This document shows, piece by piece, positions 62,752 to 64,000 of a DNA stretch of 64,000 bases. Source of the stretch: Candidatus Nomurabacteria bacterium (lineage in GTDB: Bacteria > Patescibacteriota > WWE3 > UBA101185 > UBA10185); contig JACKGU010000001.1 of NCBI GenBank assembly GCA_020631855.1, positions 39,601 through 103,600 on the forward strand, written 5' to 3'. Each line of letters begins with the position of its first letter. Positions within the stretch are counted from its first letter, which is position 1. Under the pieces are notes generated by a model that saw only the letters and a program-made list of their open reading frames with translations, was not told the DNA's origin and did not search any database. The position numbers were made by a program, and so were the translations under genes.

Positions 62752-63731
62752 GCCCGCTAATAAAGTTAAGTGAAATTACAAAAAGAAGAGGCAAAAGAGG
62801 ACTTAAGTTTATTGTAAGATTTACAATAGGTTCGGCGTTTTTTATTGTCTGCTTGAATTTTTCCAATTCGGTCTTTTTTAATGAGAACCCTTTATTTGGG
62901 GTTAATTTCTTAGCAGAAGTTGTAATATCGAGCGTAGGTGCTCTCATTGGCTTTTTTTTAATTCCTGATTACTTTTTTAAGCTTCGGCGTTGGATTGAGC
63001 AACTAGTTTCAAAAATAGTATTCGAGTTAGTATCTGATTTTTGGAATCAATATAACCAAAAAATGGAAATGACAAGAAAAAATCGGGCCATGAATGCCAA
63101 GAAAAAAAAGAATAAGCAAAGTAACCAAAAAGAGGCCGATAAAGTTAGAGGAGGTACCTTATTAGATACTTCGGTTTTGATAGATGGGCGTATTTTGAAC
63201 ATAGCGAAGAGCGGTTTTATAACCGGTCTTCTAGTTGTTCATAAAAGCGTCATATCTGAGCTACAATTGTTGGCTGACAGCGAAGATGTAATGAAAAGAA
63301 AAAAGGGAAGGCGGGGGCTGGACGCGCTGAACGAACTTAAAAAATATACCAAAGTTGCTGTTATAAGACAAAATTATAAGACAAATAAGGTAGATGACGT
63401 GCTAGTTGCTGCTGCCAGCGAGTGCAGACTAAAGATAATGACGCTGGACTTTAATCTTAAAAAGATCGCTGAAGTACAAAATATAAAAGTTTTAAACATT
63501 AATGAGCTGGTCGAGGCTGTTAAACCGGACTATATTCCGGGCGATACCTTAAGCATAAAAATTGTTCAGGAAGGTAAAGAGAAGGATCAAGGGGTAGGTT
63601 ACTTAGATGACGGCACTATGGTGGTTGTTTCAAATAGTTCAGATATGGTCGGCTCAGTTGTTGAGGTCGAGGTTTCAAAGCTCATTCAAACTGCCGCAGG
63701 AAAAATGGTTTTTTGTGACAAAATAAAATAG
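62748..63731 (+). CDS. YacL-like membrane protein with PIN and TRAM domains
   Basis: N-terminal TM helices, a PIN domain (LLDTSVLIDGRI), a C-terminal TRAM-like beta barrel; conserved position after radA as in Firmicutes. Confidence 0.65.
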   Translation: MSPLIKLSEITKRRGKRGLKFIVRFTIGSAFFIVCLNFSNSVFFNENPLFGVNFLAEVVISSVGALIGFFLIPDYFFKLRRWIEQLVSKIVFELVSDFWNQYNQKMEMTRKNRAMNAKKKKNKQSNQKEADKVRGGTLLDTSVLIDGRILNIAKSGFITGLLVVHKSVISELQLLADSEDVMKRKKGRRGLDALNELKKYTKVAVIRQNYKTNKVDDVLVAAASECRLKIMTLDFNLKKIAEVQNIKVLNINELVEAVKPDYIPGDTLSIKIVQEGKEKDQGVGYLDDGTMVVVSNSSDMVGSVVEVEVSKLIQTAAGKMVFCDKIK

Positions 63732-63785
63732 CATTATCGCGGATTTCAAGCAAAAATATCGGCTTTTTGGTATATAATACACGCA

Positions 63786-64000
63786 TGTTTATATCTAGTC
63801 TTCAAAATAAGACTATAAAAGAGGTTTCAAAACTCAAAAATAAAAAATATAGAGACAAGGCGTTGCTAGTACCTGTGGAAGAATTGCAATCAATTGCTTT
63901 TGCTATGCAGAACGGCTTCACTATAGCAAAGGTTTTTTATTGCCGGAGCATTTTAAACATAAAGTTTGGAGATCTTCAGGCCTTGGATATGTTTGTAAAG
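63786..64000 (+). CDS. TrmH/SpoU-family RNA 2'-O-methyltransferase, N-terminal fragment (truncated by the window end)
   Basis: MFISSLQNKTIKEVSKLKNKKYRDKALLVPVEE resembles the substrate-binding N-terminal domain of RlmB/TrmH proteins; no stop codon within the window. Confidence 0.4.

Overview
The window is 64 kb of a low-GC (roughly 38-40%) bacterial chromosome with small, tightly packed genes. Its traits fit a Candidate Phyla Radiation / Patescibacteria-like genome: a short 16S rRNA with changes in the universally conserved 515-533 region, a split transketolase, a short valyl-tRNA synthetase, an ATP-dependent DNA ligase, gene fusions, and tRNAs with an encoded CCA end.

Content, left to right:
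- Two membrane-protein ORFs, then a GC-rich gene for a protein-kinase-like protein.
- Pentose-phosphate genes for ROK glucokinase, 6-phosphogluconate dehydrogenase and transaldolase.
- A valS leader that looks like a T-box riboswitch, followed by valS, truB, a Kam/NpmA-like 16S rRNA methyltransferase and a divergent NRAMP-family transporter homolog.
- tRNA-Pro, an oxidative-folding gene for a thioredoxin-CcdA fusion, a GC-rich block (HAD-family hydrolase plus a hypothetical) beside a XerC/D-like recombinase, ftsB-like, two CAT-anticodon tRNAs, trpS, ftsH, a 5'-3' exonuclease and nth; a DsbA-like gene lies further on, after nth.
- A long minus-strand operon feeding the non-oxidative pentose-phosphate pathway: lgt-like, rpiB, an RPE-LOG fusion, a split transketolase with an intervening membrane protein, a PfkB sugar kinase and a 2-hydroxyacid dehydrogenase.
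- An ATP-dependent DNA ligase operon, recF, mutM, a family-4 glycosyltransferase, a Ca2+/Na+ antiporter plus a Ca2+ P-type ATPase, mnmA, a secreted BNR + M23 peptidase protein, and a fusion of a BpsA-like aminopropyltransferase domain with an S-adenosylmethionine decarboxylase domain.
- An rRNA locus (16S, tRNA-Ala, 23S, 5S) whose 16S-23S spacer holds an inserted, opposite-strand epimerase gene, an inverted tRNA-Ile and a GC-rich segment.
- rpsA, then Firmicutes-like synteny of a clpC-like gene, radA, a yacL-like gene (membrane protein with PIN nuclease-fold and TRAM RNA-binding domains) and a partial TrmH-family RNA methyltransferase gene.

The most striking signal is a dispersed family of about 125-bp intergenic repeats: 5 full copies and 1 partial copy, all in the same orientation, with three conserved hairpins and compensatory base changes. 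Two copies flank the insertion in the rRNA spacer.
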